A DNA stretch of 64,000 nt. Origin: Promethearchaeati archaeon (GTDB lineage Archaea; Asgardarchaeota; Heimdallarchaeia; JABLTI01). The position numbers and the translations under genes were made by a program. This document shows, piece by piece, positions 29,785-41,258 of this stretch (position 1 is the first letter of the stretch; each line of letters begins with the position of its first letter). The DNA lies in assembly GCA_013166835.1 (NCBI GenBank), contig JABLTI010000001.1:22852-86851 (forward strand), given 5' to 3'. The notes beneath the pieces are model-generated. The model had not been told where the DNA came from. It worked only from the letters and a program-made list of their open reading frames with translations, and ran no database searches.

Positions 29785-30666
29785 ATGGATGACAGAATAG
29801 TAGTAAGTCGTGATGATTGCTCCGGGTGTGAGACGTGCATTGATCTTTGTCCTCGTGATTGTTTTCATCTTGATCCTAAGAACATAGCTGTTTATACTTC
29901 CACTCGTTGTCGAGATTGTTATCATTGTATCGCTTCTTGCCCAGAAGCTGCTATTAGTCATAGAGATTTGCCTGTGGAAGACTTTCAACTCATTGCTGAC
30001 AGCCTTAATCCGGATTACAAAGATGGTGATCAAACCCACTCATTTTTGAAATCCATTCGTAGTACAAGAAATTTCTTGGAAAAACCGATTGAGCTAGAAA
30101 TTATGGAGAAACTGATTGATGTCACGAGATATTCTCCAACTGGTCATCATTCTCAGAATGTTGAGTTAACTTTAGTCTCTGAACCAAAAACAATTCAACA
30201 ATTGAAAGATGTCAGTGCTGAGACAATTGTTTCTTTTCTTAAGAAAATCGACAATCCATTTTACCGTTTCCTTGCTCATCTTGTTGGTAAAGGCAAAACA
30301 ATTCGGAAAGCTCAGAAAACAAGGCATCGATTTGTTCGAATGCTTGAAGGATTTCAAGAAGGGACAGATTACCTTTTCCACGGAGCTCCTGCAGTTGTAG
30401 TTTTCCATTCGAATAAAGACGGCACTACACCTGGGGATAATTGTAATATTGCTGCAACTTATCTCAGTATCCTTGCAAACAACTATGGTCTTGGTACTTG
30501 TTTTATTGGTTACTTAACTTATTACGCCAAGTACAACCCAGATATACGTGACATATTAAAAATTCCAAAAGACAATCAAATCTATCAAGTTTTAATTGTT
30601 GGGTATCCAAAGCATGAGTTTCGTACTTTTGTCTCCAGAGACCAGCCAAAAATTAATTTGGTATAA
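29785..30666 (+). CDS. Nitroreductase with N-terminal 2x[4Fe-4S] ferredoxin domain
   Basis: Two CxxCxxCxxxCP motifs, RSTRNF, SPTGHHSQ, GLGTCFIG; AGGTG upstream of ATG 29785. Confidence 0.92.
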   Translation: MDDRIVVSRDDCSGCETCIDLCPRDCFHLDPKNIAVYTSTRCRDCYHCIASCPEAAISHRDLPVEDFQLIADSLNPDYKDGDQTHSFLKSIRSTRNFLEKPIELEIMEKLIDVTRYSPTGHHSQNVELTLVSEPKTIQQLKDVSAETIVSFLKKIDNPFYRFLAHLVGKGKTIRKAQKTRHRFVRMLEGFQEGTDYLFHGAPAVVVFHSNKDGTTPGDNCNIAATYLSILANNYGLGTCFIGYLTYYAKYNPDIRDILKIPKDNQIYQVLIVGYPKHEFRTFVSRDQPKINLV

Positions 30667-30672
30667 AAGGAA

Positions 30673-31266
30673 TTGATCGTGAGTAAAATGACAGACCTAA
30701 AGAAATTCCTAGATGAAAACAAAGAGAAAATCCATGATATATTAAATCACATGTGGCATACTATCGAGCGAATTGCTATTCGATTAGAAGGCAAAATACC
30801 TGATATTGACTTAGATAATTCCCATGGAAACTTCATTGAATTAGCTGATGGGTGGATAGAGTCGTATTATGCTAATCCCAGCATTGTCTTTCCCTTTGGT
30901 GAAATTGGTTATTCATTAGATGGTTTATTCTGTGTATTTTCAATTGATACTAAGAAAATAAATGAGGATCTTATAGTCAAAGTAACAAAACTTTCTCGAG
31001 ATAATGAGTTAATTACTTGTCAGATTTATGGTTTAGACGATTGCTTCACGACTTTGTATCATTCAAAAGATTCGGAGGATTTTGATGAGTTACTGAAATC
31101 CATCAAGAAATTGAAAGAAGATATCTTGCAACTCGAAATTTGTATTGAAGCTTTCCCTGAAGAAAATGATATGGAATCTTTCATTGAATCTTTACTGATA
31201 TTTTATCAATATCTAGAAGAAAACAAAATCCTGGTAAAATTGCCAATGTATGAAGCTGAGAAGTAA
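30673..31266 (+). CDS. DUF3201-like archaeal protein
   Basis: IHDILNHMW...GW.E.YYANP...GEIG...IYG resembles the remembered Thermococcales family pattern. Confidence 0.5.
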   Translation: MIVSKMTDLKKFLDENKEKIHDILNHMWHTIERIAIRLEGKIPDIDLDNSHGNFIELADGWIESYYANPSIVFPFGEIGYSLDGLFCVFSIDTKKINEDLIVKVTKLSRDNELITCQIYGLDDCFTTLYHSKDSEDFDELLKSIKKLKEDILQLEICIEAFPEENDMESFIESLLIFYQYLEENKILVKLPMYEAEK

Positions 31267-31279
31267 GAAAAATTATAGT

Positions 31280-32215
31280 TTAGAAATTTCTTTCTTCTAT
31301 ACCTTTTTCTATTATTTCATTTGAACGTTTCTTTTGTTCAATAATGGCATCACGAAACACTGCTTTGTCTATTGAGAAAAATTCTAGGTGCATATAGTTT
31401 AGTGTCAATGAAATATCAAAAATTGGATAACAAAATGCTTTAACAAATACAAATCCAAATGTTACCCAGAGACCATAAATTTGTGAAAAATAGAAGCTTA
31501 ATCCCCAAGGAAGAAGAACTCCTAGTGTTAAGAATATAATAAAGGAAGAAGTAACACGATAATAATTTTTTCGAGAGGCGTATTGCCAAGAAGTTTGTAT
31601 TGCAGCTCCCACATGTAAATTGTCTCTACTCATTCCTGCGATGAACATTGATGTTTTGCTATAAAATATAAGTGGAAAAATAAGAGCTCCTATAATGAAC
31701 ATCCAAGAGAAAATATATGCATACATGAAACTACTTCCTTGCAGTATTACTCCAAGAATGATCATTAAAGCTGGAAATGCTATCAAACCTGCGATAAACA
31801 ACAAGAAAACAAATAGTTCTTTGGACTTTCTAAAGGATCTATCTAAACCCCAAAATAAATTTGCTTTTCCATTTTCTATCGTTTTCCAGCCTAAATTTGA
31901 AATTATAGAGCTTCTATAAACGAATATAATAATTGTTGGGATAATCATAACAGAGAAGAGTGTTTGAAAGTTCTCTCTTGTTCCTAAATCCCCTCTGAAC
32001 GAAAAAGAAACATTGAAAGCTGGTCCCCAAATAGCTGTTGTCGAAGGAGATACTGAAAAAAATACAAGACGTGAAACGCCGAAAAATATGAGCTCAGGGA
32101 TGAGTGCAATTAAAAAGAATTTGAGAAATTGTTTGCCATACACTTGAAAGGGTTTGTATAGCAATTCTACAAATTTAGCATTTTTGTATTTTATCCAACT
32201 CTTAGATTCTTCCAT
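31280..32215 (-). CDS. Hypothetical membrane protein (about 6 TM)
   Basis: Hydrophobic segments, long ORF. Confidence 0.7.
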   Translation of the reverse strand: MEESKSWIKYKNAKFVELLYKPFQVYGKQFLKFFLIALIPELIFFGVSRLVFFSVSPSTTAIWGPAFNVSFSFRGDLGTRENFQTLFSVMIIPTIIIFVYRSSIISNLGWKTIENGKANLFWGLDRSFRKSKELFVFLLFIAGLIAFPALMIILGVILQGSSFMYAYIFSWMFIIGALIFPLIFYSKTSMFIAGMSRDNLHVGAAIQTSWQYASRKNYYRVTSSFIIFLTLGVLLPWGLSFYFSQIYGLWVTFGFVFVKAFCYPIFDISLTLNYMHLEFFSIDKAVFRDAIIEQKKRSNEIIEKGIEERNF

Positions 32216-32310
32216 TTTAACTACACACTATTTACAGCTGCTCTTTCTAAGTTGACAATTAATGCCTATAAAAAGAATACAATGAATCTTGTAAAATGTA
32301 CATTCGTCTT

Positions 32311-33879
32311 TTACACGAAATAATTCATTACCATATACAGCGGTAGGGGAGTACAAAGTATCCCAACAACGAATCCGAGACCAAGGTAGATGTATTTCGA
32401 CCAATGAACTCTGGAAACATCATCAGTTGATCCGGGATGACCGCCAAAACTCATTACGAGCAAGAGTATACCCATGTATCTGGTGAATGGATTCAAAGTA
32501 AGCAATAAAGCCACAACCAGTGATATTATTCGGTGTGGGACATCACCAAAGACTGCTCTAAATGTATGACCACCATCAAGTTGCGAGGCTGGCATGAGAT
32601 TAATTCCCGTAAGTATGAAACCAATATATCCGGCGAACATCATCGGATGCATAGCTATTGTTTGCATTGTTGGGTCGTAATACGGCAGAAGGCCTGACCA
32701 TTGCCCAAACGTTATGAGAAAGTCTGCTAGGAATACAGTAGGAACTTGCGTAATGTCTACTGGTGCTAATGATTCTGGGATCGGAACGACATATGTTAAT
32801 TTCAAACCAATTATGAATACTGGAATGGCCACTATAAAACCTGCAAATGGGCCTGCTATACCTATGTCGAAGAGATCATCTCGAGTGGCAAAAGGCTCTT
32901 TTTGCCTAATCATTGCTCCAAAAGTCCCTAAAGTCTGAAACCCAGGGATGGGAGGTACCGGGATGAAGTACGGAAGTGATGTACTTAATTTCTTTAGTCT
33001 TGAAATTGAATAATGTCCAAATTCATGAATTGTTAATATTGCAATCAATGAAAACGTGAATAGGAAAGCATCTAATGCTATATTCCCTTGGAACAAATAT
33101 TCTGTATATGTAGTGTTAGCAAAACTCCAGCCTGCAATTGAGACAGTTACAATAGTCGCTATGAATAATCCAATGTTCAAACCGATCTTTCTTAATGTGA
33201 ATTGTTCTTTTGTTGATTCTGGTTTCCAAAAAAAGAATCTTACAGTTATTTGTTTGACATCTGGACTAACTTTTTCGTTTCGAATTATTAATTTCAGATT
33301 TTTTTCCTTTAATAATGAGTCATTTCGAAAGCTCTCAAATACTGCGTTGGTCTCTTCTGGTTTTTCTACGAAGAACAGCGCACCTGTGCTTTCATCAATT
33401 TGACTGTTAATAATCTTGACGTACTTCTTTACTGTTTCAGTTAATTCATCATAAGTTACTTCTATTGGAATAAATGTTCTGTCTTTTGGAGAAAAAATTG
33501 GAGTTGTTAGTGGTATTACTGTTTCTTCTACAATGACTCTGCTTTGATCTAGGATATCTAACCCTTGTTTTGTTAATGCAGAACCACAAATTCCACATAT
33601 ATGTCCTGATGTGGTTCCATTGCATCTCCAACATTTAACGCCATGAACAGGTTCTGTTCGACTAATTAATTCTTCACGGAGACTTTCATCTAATGGAACC
33701 TTACATATTTCACAGAAATTTTCTTGTCGATAACTTATATCTGATCCACAGTGCCAACAAAATTGTACTTTTCTTTCCTTTTCAGCTGCTTCTTCAACCT
33801 TCTTCTCTTTCTTAGGTTTTTCTTCTTTCTCTCCTATTTTTGAAGAATAGAACTCGAAATCATCTTTTTCTGAAGGCAC
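32311..33879 (-). CDS. Site-2 protease (M50) with N-terminal zinc ribbons
   Basis: HEFGH, AGP, NLMPASQLDGG, four CxxC pairs; probable GTG start at 33879 with GAGGA upstream. Confidence 0.92.
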   Translation of the reverse strand: MPSEKDDFEFYSSKIGEKEEKPKKEKKVEEAAEKERKVQFCWHCGSDISYRQENFCEICKVPLDESLREELISRTEPVHGVKCWRCNGTTSGHICGICGSALTKQGLDILDQSRVIVEETVIPLTTPIFSPKDRTFIPIEVTYDELTETVKKYVKIINSQIDESTGALFFVEKPEETNAVFESFRNDSLLKEKNLKLIIRNEKVSPDVKQITVRFFFWKPESTKEQFTLRKIGLNIGLFIATIVTVSIAGWSFANTTYTEYLFQGNIALDAFLFTFSLIAILTIHEFGHYSISRLKKLSTSLPYFIPVPPIPGFQTLGTFGAMIRQKEPFATRDDLFDIGIAGPFAGFIVAIPVFIIGLKLTYVVPIPESLAPVDITQVPTVFLADFLITFGQWSGLLPYYDPTMQTIAMHPMMFAGYIGFILTGINLMPASQLDGGHTFRAVFGDVPHRIISLVVALLLTLNPFTRYMGILLLVMSFGGHPGSTDDVSRVHWSKYIYLGLGFVVGILCTPLPLYMVMNYFV

Positions 33880-33981
33880 AAAAATATCCTCAATATTCAG
33901 CTTATACGTATTATCACAACGTTTAGCTAAATAAAGACTATCATTTACTTGCAAATTATGAATCCGCTCTGTTTTTCGTTA

Positions 33982-35514
33982 TCAAATGAGGAAGAAAATG
34001 GTGAGAGGTAAACTACAAATTGCTATTCCTAAGGCTAAAACCTCGAGAACGTATTTTGACCAATGAATAGGAATAACTTGATTCGTTGCTGGCGTTTGAT
34101 ACATTGTTCGAGGAATGAACATAATCAGAATGCCAAATGTCCAAGTATTATAGTTGAGCATTACTAGTAGTGCGGATAGGAAGGAGAAAATTCTGGAAAT
34201 CCTTTCACTAAACAGACTTCTAAACATGAATCCTCCGTCTAGTAATGATCCCGGTAGAAAATTCAATCCATTCAGAATTATTCCTACAAGTGCTGCATAA
34301 GTCAATGGATGAATGAATAGTACCTGTAATTCGGGATCAAATGCTGGGGATATACCTGTTGATGCTCCTATCCAATCGAGCAATTGACCAAAGAAAAGAT
34401 TAGGGCTCAATTCTTGGAAATCACCAATGTTCGTTAGAACTTCAGAGGTTAAGGTGCTTTTATCGATAATATATGGAAAAGCAATACCGACAAGATACAG
34501 AGCAATTGATAAGACAAGACCAAAAATTGGTCCCATGAAATACAAATCAAATAAATCATTTCTTTTCCTTACAGGATCTACTACTCGAACAATGGATCCG
34601 GCAGATCCTAAGAGAAAATAGCTAAGTAACCCTGGAGCAGGAGGTAAAGGTAGGAAGTATGGGAGTGAGAGTTTTATTTTTTTGACTCTTTGCATTAGTA
34701 GATGTCCTACTTCGTGTATGATTAAAATGCCAAGTAGAGTAGCAGTGAAGATTAAGGAATTCACATGCAGATTATCTGCAATTGTGACAAGTTTGTATAT
34801 TTCTCTATAAAAGAGCCAACCAGTCAAATAAAGACTAACTAAAGTTAGAGCAAAGAGAATAATCCTCCAACGGTTCTTTGCAAAAGAGAATCGATCAGTT
34901 TCCACTTCTGGAATCCAATAAAAGAATCGCAAAATTACTAGTTTATCAGAACTTGCAGATGAGATAGATTTCCTAATTATTGTACGTAAATTGTTCTCAA
35001 CCAGTATTTTGTCTTGTTCGAATTTATCGTAAACATCATTTTTCTCTGGCACTTCAATTACAATTTCTGGTCCAATATTAGTATTAACAGAATTCACAAT
35101 TTGGAAATAATTGCCCACTAAATACTCCAAAATTGAAAATTTCATAGATATTCTTTTCATTTGTCTATCTCGTGGCGATAAGACAAAGATGAAATTTTGA
35201 TCACTATCAATCTCACTCATGATTTGAGGAAGAACTGTTTCAGCAGTAATCTTTATGCCATCTTTTGTCAAAGGACTACCACAGATGCCACAAATATCCC
35301 CAGAAGTAGTGCCTTTGCATCGCCAGCATTTAATTGATTCTTCAGAGTGTTCTCGATTCATTATCTCACTTTTACTTTCATTAGTAAGAGGAGCTTTACA
35401 TGTCTCACACCACTCATCATTTTGGATTTTTGAACCACAATTCCAGCAGGTGCTTCCAGATTCTTGTGAATTTTCATCTTTTTTAGGAGTATTCGATGGC
35501 TCATTGGAATCCAA
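33982..35514 (-). CDS. Site-2 protease (M50) paralog with N-terminal zinc ribbons
   Basis: HEVGH, MGP, NFLPGSLLDGG, four CxxC pairs; start uncertain (35514 or 35532). Confidence 0.9.
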   Translation of the reverse strand: MDSNEPSNTPKKDENSQESGSTCWNCGSKIQNDEWCETCKAPLTNESKSEIMNREHSEESIKCWRCKGTTSGDICGICGSPLTKDGIKITAETVLPQIMSEIDSDQNFIFVLSPRDRQMKRISMKFSILEYLVGNYFQIVNSVNTNIGPEIVIEVPEKNDVYDKFEQDKILVENNLRTIIRKSISSASSDKLVILRFFYWIPEVETDRFSFAKNRWRIILFALTLVSLYLTGWLFYREIYKLVTIADNLHVNSLIFTATLLGILIIHEVGHLLMQRVKKIKLSLPYFLPLPPAPGLLSYFLLGSAGSIVRVVDPVRKRNDLFDLYFMGPIFGLVLSIALYLVGIAFPYIIDKSTLTSEVLTNIGDFQELSPNLFFGQLLDWIGASTGISPAFDPELQVLFIHPLTYAALVGIILNGLNFLPGSLLDGGFMFRSLFSERISRIFSFLSALLVMLNYNTWTFGILIMFIPRTMYQTPATNQVIPIHWSKYVLEVLALGIAICSLPLTIFFLI

Positions 35515-35723
35515 AACAAACACCAACTGCAAATTAAAACAATTAACTAATGCTAATTCTCAGTGATGATTTTTAAGTTTCTCATCGCACTTCAAAAAAA
35601 GGAAACTAAATTATTATATCGAAAAAAAATACTTTTAGAAAAACCTATATAATAAAAAAATACGTTCGAAATAGACAATTGATACGTGAAAAGATAGAAC
35701 GAGATTACAATTGGTGCGAATGA

Positions 35724-36203
35724 ATGACTATTTATCGGATTCGAGGGTTTAACCCGGAAACAGATTTGGAAGCTGTTCAAAATATCAATAGAAAATGCTT
35801 GCCAGAGAATTACCCCAGATTTTTCTTCACTGATATTTATAATAAATTCCCAGAAGGGTTCAATGTCGCTCAAATCGAAGAAACAGGAGAGTTAGCTGGG
35901 TACGGGATGACTCGAATAGAGAAGGGATTATCTAACTTTGGTTTTGGTATTTGTAAGAAGGGACATATAATTTCTATTGCTGTGTTACCAAGTTTCCGAC
36001 GCTTGGGGGTAGCTAATAAACTCATGGCTGCTGCTTCATCTGCTATGAGATTACGAGATGTAAAAGAAGTTTATTTGGAAGTTCGAGAATCGAATCAAGC
36101 TGCAATTAATCTCTACCAAAATTTGGGCTATATCTCTCATAAGCTCTCAAAGAAATATTATAGTGACGGCGAAACTGCTCTCATTATGATAAGCAAAATC
36201 TAA
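35724..36203 (+). CDS. ard1: Archaeal N-terminal acetyltransferase (Ard1/RimI-like GNAT)
   Basis: CLPENY, GHIISIAV, RRLGVA, LEVRESN, YYSDGE. Confidence 0.92.
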   Translation: MTIYRIRGFNPETDLEAVQNINRKCLPENYPRFFFTDIYNKFPEGFNVAQIEETGELAGYGMTRIEKGLSNFGFGICKKGHIISIAVLPSFRRLGVANKLMAAASSAMRLRDVKEVYLEVRESNQAAINLYQNLGYISHKLSKKYYSDGETALIMISKI

Positions 36204-36290
36204 TTTTATTCAGATTTTTAGTTGCTATTTTCAAATTCATTTGTTTTTGAATTAAAAAATAAAAAAAAGAGTGATAATGGAAGACTTGTT

Positions 36291-37955
36291 TTAGAAGTCG
36301 TCCATACCAGGCATACCGCCAGGCATTCCACCGGGCATTCCACCGGGCATTCCACCAGGCATACCGCCAGTAGATTTAGCAGCAATAATATCATCAATTC
36401 TCAAGATCATTTGAGCGGCTTCACTAGCAGATGAAATTGCTTGTCGGGCAACACTAACAGGTTCAAAGATTTTTAATTTAACCATGTCTGTTGGTTTTCC
36501 GGTTTCTAAGTTTACACCAGCAGTGTCAGAACCTTTGTCGTGTGCAGCTCTTAAAGCAACGAGAGCATCGATAGGATCAAGACCAGCATTCTCAGCTAAT
36601 GTTCTTGGAATAATTTCAAGTGCTTCAGCGAATTTCTCAACAGCGAGTTGTTCTCTACCAGCTAGAGTGTTGGCGTAGACCTTCAACTTTCTAGAGAGAT
36701 AAATTTCAGGTGCACCACCACCAGGAACGACTAATCCATCTTGGATTATGTTTCTGATGACACAAAGAGCATCATGAATGGATCGCTCAGCTTCATCAAC
36801 GATTAAATCGCTACCACCACGAATCAAAATGCTGACACTTTTAGGATTTGGACAACCTTCTACGAAAATGAAGTCGTCATCACCGATTTTACGTTCTTCA
36901 ACAACACCAGCTTGTCCCAAATCTGACTTATCAACACCTTCAATTCTAGTGACGAGCTTTGCACCAGTAGCCATGCTAAGTTTTTCCATGTCGGATTTTT
37001 TGATTCTGCGAACTGCAATAACACCTTTTTTAGCTAAGAAGTGTTGAGCAAGGTCGTCAATACCTTTCTGGGAGAGAATGACGTTAGCACCAGTTGCAAT
37101 AATCTTATCAACCATGTCTTCAATCATTTGTTGTTCTTGGTCGAGGAAAGACTTCATTTGATCGGGACTTGTAATATTGATTTTAGCATCGAATTCAGTC
37201 TTGGTGACTTCTATAGCAGCATCAATAAGCATAATTCTAGCATTTTCAATTTTCTTTGGCATGCCTGAATGAACTACGCTTTTATCAAGAATAATACCCT
37301 TGATAAGTTCGGTTTCCTTGATAGATTCACCTTTCTTTTTCTCAACTTTTACATTATCAATATCACAAACCTTCTTGTTATCCTCATCAACAGTGACTTG
37401 CAGAGCCGCATCAATAACAAGATTAGCAAGGTACTCGCTGTGACCTGCAATAACTTTACTGCCCATAGAAGTGCGAACACTTTCTTTGAGCATGGAACGG
37501 TCAGTAATATCAACCTTAATGGCCATTTTATCCAAATGGTCTAAGGCATGACTAGTAGCTTTACGATACCCATCAACGATAATGCTAGCATGAACATCCT
37601 GAGATAATAACTCCTCAGCTTGCTTCAATAATTCACCAGCAATGATGACAACAGTAGTTGTCCCGTCGCCAACCTCATCATCTTGAACTTTCGCTAATTC
37701 AACGACGAATTTGGCTGCTGGGTGTTGAATTTCCATTTCCTTAAGAATGGTAGCACCATCGTTAGTAATCACAACATCACCGAAGGAATCAACAAGCATC
37801 TTGTCTAGACCTTTTGGTCCAAGAGCTGATCTGATTGCTTCTGCGATAACCTTTGCTGCAGCAATATTGTTTTGCTGAGCATTTCTTCCTTGGGTCCTTT
37901 CAGTTCCTTCTCTTAAGAGGAGGACTTGCTGACCACCTATATTTACGAGACTCAT
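36291..37955 (-). CDS. ths: Thermosome (group II chaperonin) subunit
   Basis: [27 protein letters not shown] tail; ATG 37955 preferred over TTG 37973. Confidence 0.97.
   Translation of the reverse strand: MSLVNIGGQQVLLLREGTERTQGRNAQQNNIAAAKVIAEAIRSALGPKGLDKMLVDSFGDVVITNDGATILKEMEIQHPAAKFVVELAKVQDDEVGDGTTTVVIIAGELLKQAEELLSQDVHASIIVDGYRKATSHALDHLDKMAIKVDITDRSMLKESVRTSMGSKVIAGHSEYLANLVIDAALQVTVDEDNKKVCDIDNVKVEKKKGESIKETELIKGIILDKSVVHSGMPKKIENARIMLIDAAIEVTKTEFDAKINITSPDQMKSFLDQEQQMIEDMVDKIIATGANVILSQKGIDDLAQHFLAKKGVIAVRRIKKSDMEKLSMATGAKLVTRIEGVDKSDLGQAGVVEERKIGDDDFIFVEGCPNPKSVSILIRGGSDLIVDEAERSIHDALCVIRNIIQDGLVVPGGGAPEIYLSRKLKVYANTLAGREQLAVEKFAEALEIIPRTLAENAGLDPIDALVALRAAHDKGSDTAGVNLETGKPTDMVKLKIFEPVSVARQAISSASEAAQMILRIDDIIAAKSTGGMPGGMPGGMPGGMPGGMPGMDDF
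36309..36368 (-). repeat. Five 12-bp units encoding the (GGMP)n chaperonin tail
   Basis: aggcataccgcc / gggcattccacc-type tandem units. Confidence 0.9.
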
Positions 37956-38089
37956 TTTATTTTGATTCTCCAATTTTTTTAAAATTTGATTTTTTATTTT
38001 GCTTATCTTTCTCAGTAAGCGATTTTCTGGTGATTTGTATTGATATTTAAATCTTACGTAGACTATTCATTTCAAAAAAGAATGATTGC

Positions 38090-38692
38090 TTAGGTTGTTT
38101 TCTTTGCGAAAATCCAGTATTGTATTTCTCCACCTAGTTTCAATACTCCTTCAAATATTATTTCAAACCCCGTTTCTTTGACAAAAGCTAAAGTCTTTTG
38201 CGGATTATTATTGCTCCAGAGCATGGGTTCTCCAAAGAACTCACTCATTCCTTCGGATTCATATATTCCAGTGTTTATAACTAATATGCCATTGTCCTTT
38301 ATCATTCGATGAAAATTCCTAAGGATAAATGAATGATCTACTCTTGGTATATGCCAGAGAGTATAAACACATATAATTCCATCAAAAGAATTATCTGGAA
38401 AATCCAAAGTGAGGATATTTTTTTGATAAAATGAACCTTCTGGAATATTTTGTTTTGCTAATTCAATCATCTTCTTGGATATATCAACACCAGTTACTTT
38501 GAATCCTTTTTTTGCTAGAAATTCCGAAACAGGTTTTCCGACACCGCAGCCAGCATCTAGTACCTCTCCTGAACTAGGTAGTAATTTGGCAAATTTTTCT
38601 AATTCATTTTTGAATTTCTCATTATCTCGGAAGTTATGATATTCTTCTCCCATTTTATCATAACTTTCTTCGATGGTTTTGAAGATGTTCAT
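38090..38692 (-). CDS. Class I SAM-dependent methyltransferase
   Basis: VLDAGCGVG, GVDIS, FDGI; ATG at 38692. Confidence 0.9.
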   Translation of the reverse strand: MNIFKTIEESYDKMGEEYHNFRDNEKFKNELEKFAKLLPSSGEVLDAGCGVGKPVSEFLAKKGFKVTGVDISKKMIELAKQNIPEGSFYQKNILTLDFPDNSFDGIICVYTLWHIPRVDHSFILRNFHRMIKDNGILVINTGIYESEGMSEFFGEPMLWSNNNPQKTLAFVKETGFEIIFEGVLKLGGEIQYWIFAKKTT

Positions 38693-38802
38693 AATTAACT
38701 GATAGTGAAAAATACTCAAATGCTTATTTATTAACAAACTAAATTTCTGAGGTATTAAAACATTAGAAAAAAAATTGAATGAGAAAACTGCTCTCATTTC
38801 TA

Positions 38803-39669
38803 TTATCCAAAATCTGCTACTATGGCAATTGCTGAAGGACCAACATGAGCAGTAATAGCTGCTCTAGTTTGTACAATTCTCATTTCTTCTTTAGTTGTTA
38901 TATATTCTTTCAAATGAGTTTCTGCTTGATTCTTCAACTTTTCATTAGTAGCATACACTAGAGCTATTTTTCTTGGAAAGCGTTTTCCATCATTTGTTAC
39001 AAGTTTTGTAATTTTTTCTAAACCTTCCTTAATACTCCCAATAGCACCTACTGGCTCTAAGGATCCATCTTCCGCTGTTCTTATTATTACCATTTTCCGA
39101 AGAAGTCTTGCTGCAAGGTATCTTGTTAAACTAATTCTTCCACCGCGATAGAGATACTTTAATGATGGGATAAGAAGAAAGGAAAAAATATTCTTCACTA
39201 GTTTCTCTAAATGAGTAGTAATTTCTTTCGCAGATTGCCCCTTTTTTATTAAATCTATAGCTTCTTCAATCAGGAATCCCTCAGCGTAAGAAGCATTCTT
39301 AGAATCAATTATATGTAATGTTACATCTTGTTGGGTTGATTTTATATTTTTACTTGCGACATTTATACTATTTAGAGTACCACTTAATGCTCCGCTAATA
39401 CAAATCACAATAATATCCTTCTTCCCTTGTTCTATTAATTTTTCAAAAGCTTTATAGAATTCTTGTGGAGTGGGTTGAGAAGTTTTTGGTAAGAAATTCT
39501 TATCTATTTCATAATTATTATAGTGCTTTTTGAAATCATAATCTCTAGTTTCTTTGAAAGATTTGTCTTCATTGATTATCGTTAAAGGGACAATTGTAAC
39601 TTCATTCTTATCTGCATATTCCCAAGTAATATCTGAAGCACTATCTGTCACAATTCCTATTTTATTCAT
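38803..39669 (-). CDS. DegV/FakB family protein
   Basis: TDSASDI, KTSQP, ISGALSGT, GGRI, HVGP. Confidence 0.93.
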   Translation of the reverse strand: MNKIGIVTDSASDITWEYADKNEVTIVPLTIINEDKSFKETRDYDFKKHYNNYEIDKNFLPKTSQPTPQEFYKAFEKLIEQGKKDIIVICISGALSGTLNSINVASKNIKSTQQDVTLHIIDSKNASYAEGFLIEEAIDLIKKGQSAKEITTHLEKLVKNIFSFLLIPSLKYLYRGGRISLTRYLAARLLRKMVIIRTAEDGSLEPVGAIGSIKEGLEKITKLVTNDGKRFPRKIALVYATNEKLKNQAETHLKEYITTKEEMRIVQTRAAITAHVGPSAIAIVADFG

Positions 39670-39867
39670 AATTTACAAGTCCATTTTTGATTTTTTTATC
39701 GATGGTTAGTATAGTTAGGAATTGTATAAAAATCTGAACAATTTAACTTATTAATGTATAAGAAGTAAAACTGTGAATTAAAAATTTTTTTAATTTTTAC
39801 GCACGATAGATTAAACCGTTTATTAATTCTTAATTGATTCCAAAGTACTTAAAATCTAATTGATTAT

Positions 39868-40242
39868 TCATCTTAGAAATTCCTGTAAATTGGTTTTATC
39901 AACGCTAATTTTCGGTATCTTATTCAGAAGTTTCTTAGCAATTTCCGCTAGAATTTGTTTTACTCTATCTGTTTTCTCAATATCTAGTCCAGGATATATT
40001 CGAATAACAATACCATCTTCACGGTTATTTATCATTGCGAGAAAACCAATTTTGTTACCATTTTGAATTGCTAATGATTCAATTAAAATCGATTGCTTAT
40101 TTTTATCTAAATAATGATTTGTCGTTTTTAGAAGTCCATCCGGCAGTTTAATCATTATGTCTTCTAAAACATTAAATGACTTTTCAGAATCTATATCTCC
40201 AGTTAAAACTACATGTGGCATTTCTATCACTTTGTAACTCAT
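39868..40242 (-). CDS. Hypothetical protein
   Basis: 124-aa ORF co-oriented with its neighbours, with normal composition. Confidence 0.7.
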   Translation of the reverse strand: MSYKVIEMPHVVLTGDIDSEKSFNVLEDIMIKLPDGLLKTTNHYLDKNKQSILIESLAIQNGNKIGFLAMINNREDGIVIRIYPGLDIEKTDRVKQILAEIAKKLLNKIPKISVDKTNLQEFLR

Positions 40243-40281
40243 TTCTTTTCTATTTAATTAAAACAAAAAAATGAAAAGAAA

Positions 40282-41130
40282 TTATGTAGTTGCACTACTT
40301 TTTCTTTTCGTGAGTAATCTATAGGATGAAAACCCAATTAGAATTACAATTAATCCTATACCTATTCCTGCTGCAAGAACAACTCCTAGTAAGAATCCAT
40401 CTTGGACTCTTTTTACTATTATTCCAGTTAATGCCCAGACAACGATTAAGCTATAAGCAATATCATTTCTGAAAAATAGCATTAGAAGTGTTATAATTGT
40501 AGCAACAGATATCACTATTATTGTCCAGAATACTTGCCAAAATTGTGTTGGGGCAATCACTGTATCCCAACCTAGATCTACAAGTGTAGCAGTCACATTT
40601 GCAACAGTAGCAATAGTAATCCATCCAAAATAAAGGCTGATTGGTACGTGGATAAACCATTTTTCTTTAGACGAAGCTTCATCATTCCTTCCTATACGTA
40701 ATCTAAGATACATTGCTAATAGTGATCCAAATAGAACCAACATAGCAATTAAGGAAACAAATACTGGAAATGGCCCGTTAACTAATGGTGGATTGGATTG
40801 ATAATGCCAGAAGAAAATCCACGAAATATTCGCTATAGAAGCAATAATAAATTCTATCCCAAATTTATCGAGAAACTCTGGTGGCTCTTGATCCTTTACA
40901 AACCAAGACTTAATACTATAGATTGTGAGGGCAATCAAACCTATGTAAATAACATTCCATACAAGAAAGGTTATTCCCCAAGGTACAAACAGATTAGGAA
41001 GTCCATCAGACAAGGTTCCTGGATCGACGTTATTGATAAAGTTGAAAGCAGAAAGTAAATTGATAACTAAAGTACCAATGACACCTAATAGAATTCCTAT
41101 TTGTAAGAATACTCTTCCGATTTTATTCAT
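40282..41130 (-). CDS. TspO/MBR-like tryptophan-rich membrane protein
   Basis: FVPWGITFLVW..IY, NISWIFFWH, SLYFGWITIATVAN. Confidence 0.7.
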   Translation of the reverse strand: MNKIGRVFLQIGILLGVIGTLVINLLSAFNFINNVDPGTLSDGLPNLFVPWGITFLVWNVIYIGLIALTIYSIKSWFVKDQEPPEFLDKFGIEFIIASIANISWIFFWHYQSNPPLVNGPFPVFVSLIAMLVLFGSLLAMYLRLRIGRNDEASSKEKWFIHVPISLYFGWITIATVANVTATLVDLGWDTVIAPTQFWQVFWTIIVISVATIITLLMLFFRNDIAYSLIVVWALTGIIVKRVQDGFLLGVVLAAGIGIGLIVILIGFSSYRLLTKRKSSATT

Positions 41131-41258
41131 ATTAAATCACTATATCTACACTCTATCTTCTAATATAAAGCATAAATGCTTGTAATTATAAAGAAATTAT
41201 AAAAGAAAAATTCGGAAAATAAGAATAACGCATCAATATATGAAAGAATCTAAACTTG

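Noticed and set aside
36309-36368. 12-bp tandem repeat as a novel element
   Set aside because: It encodes the well-known Gly/Met-rich chaperonin tail
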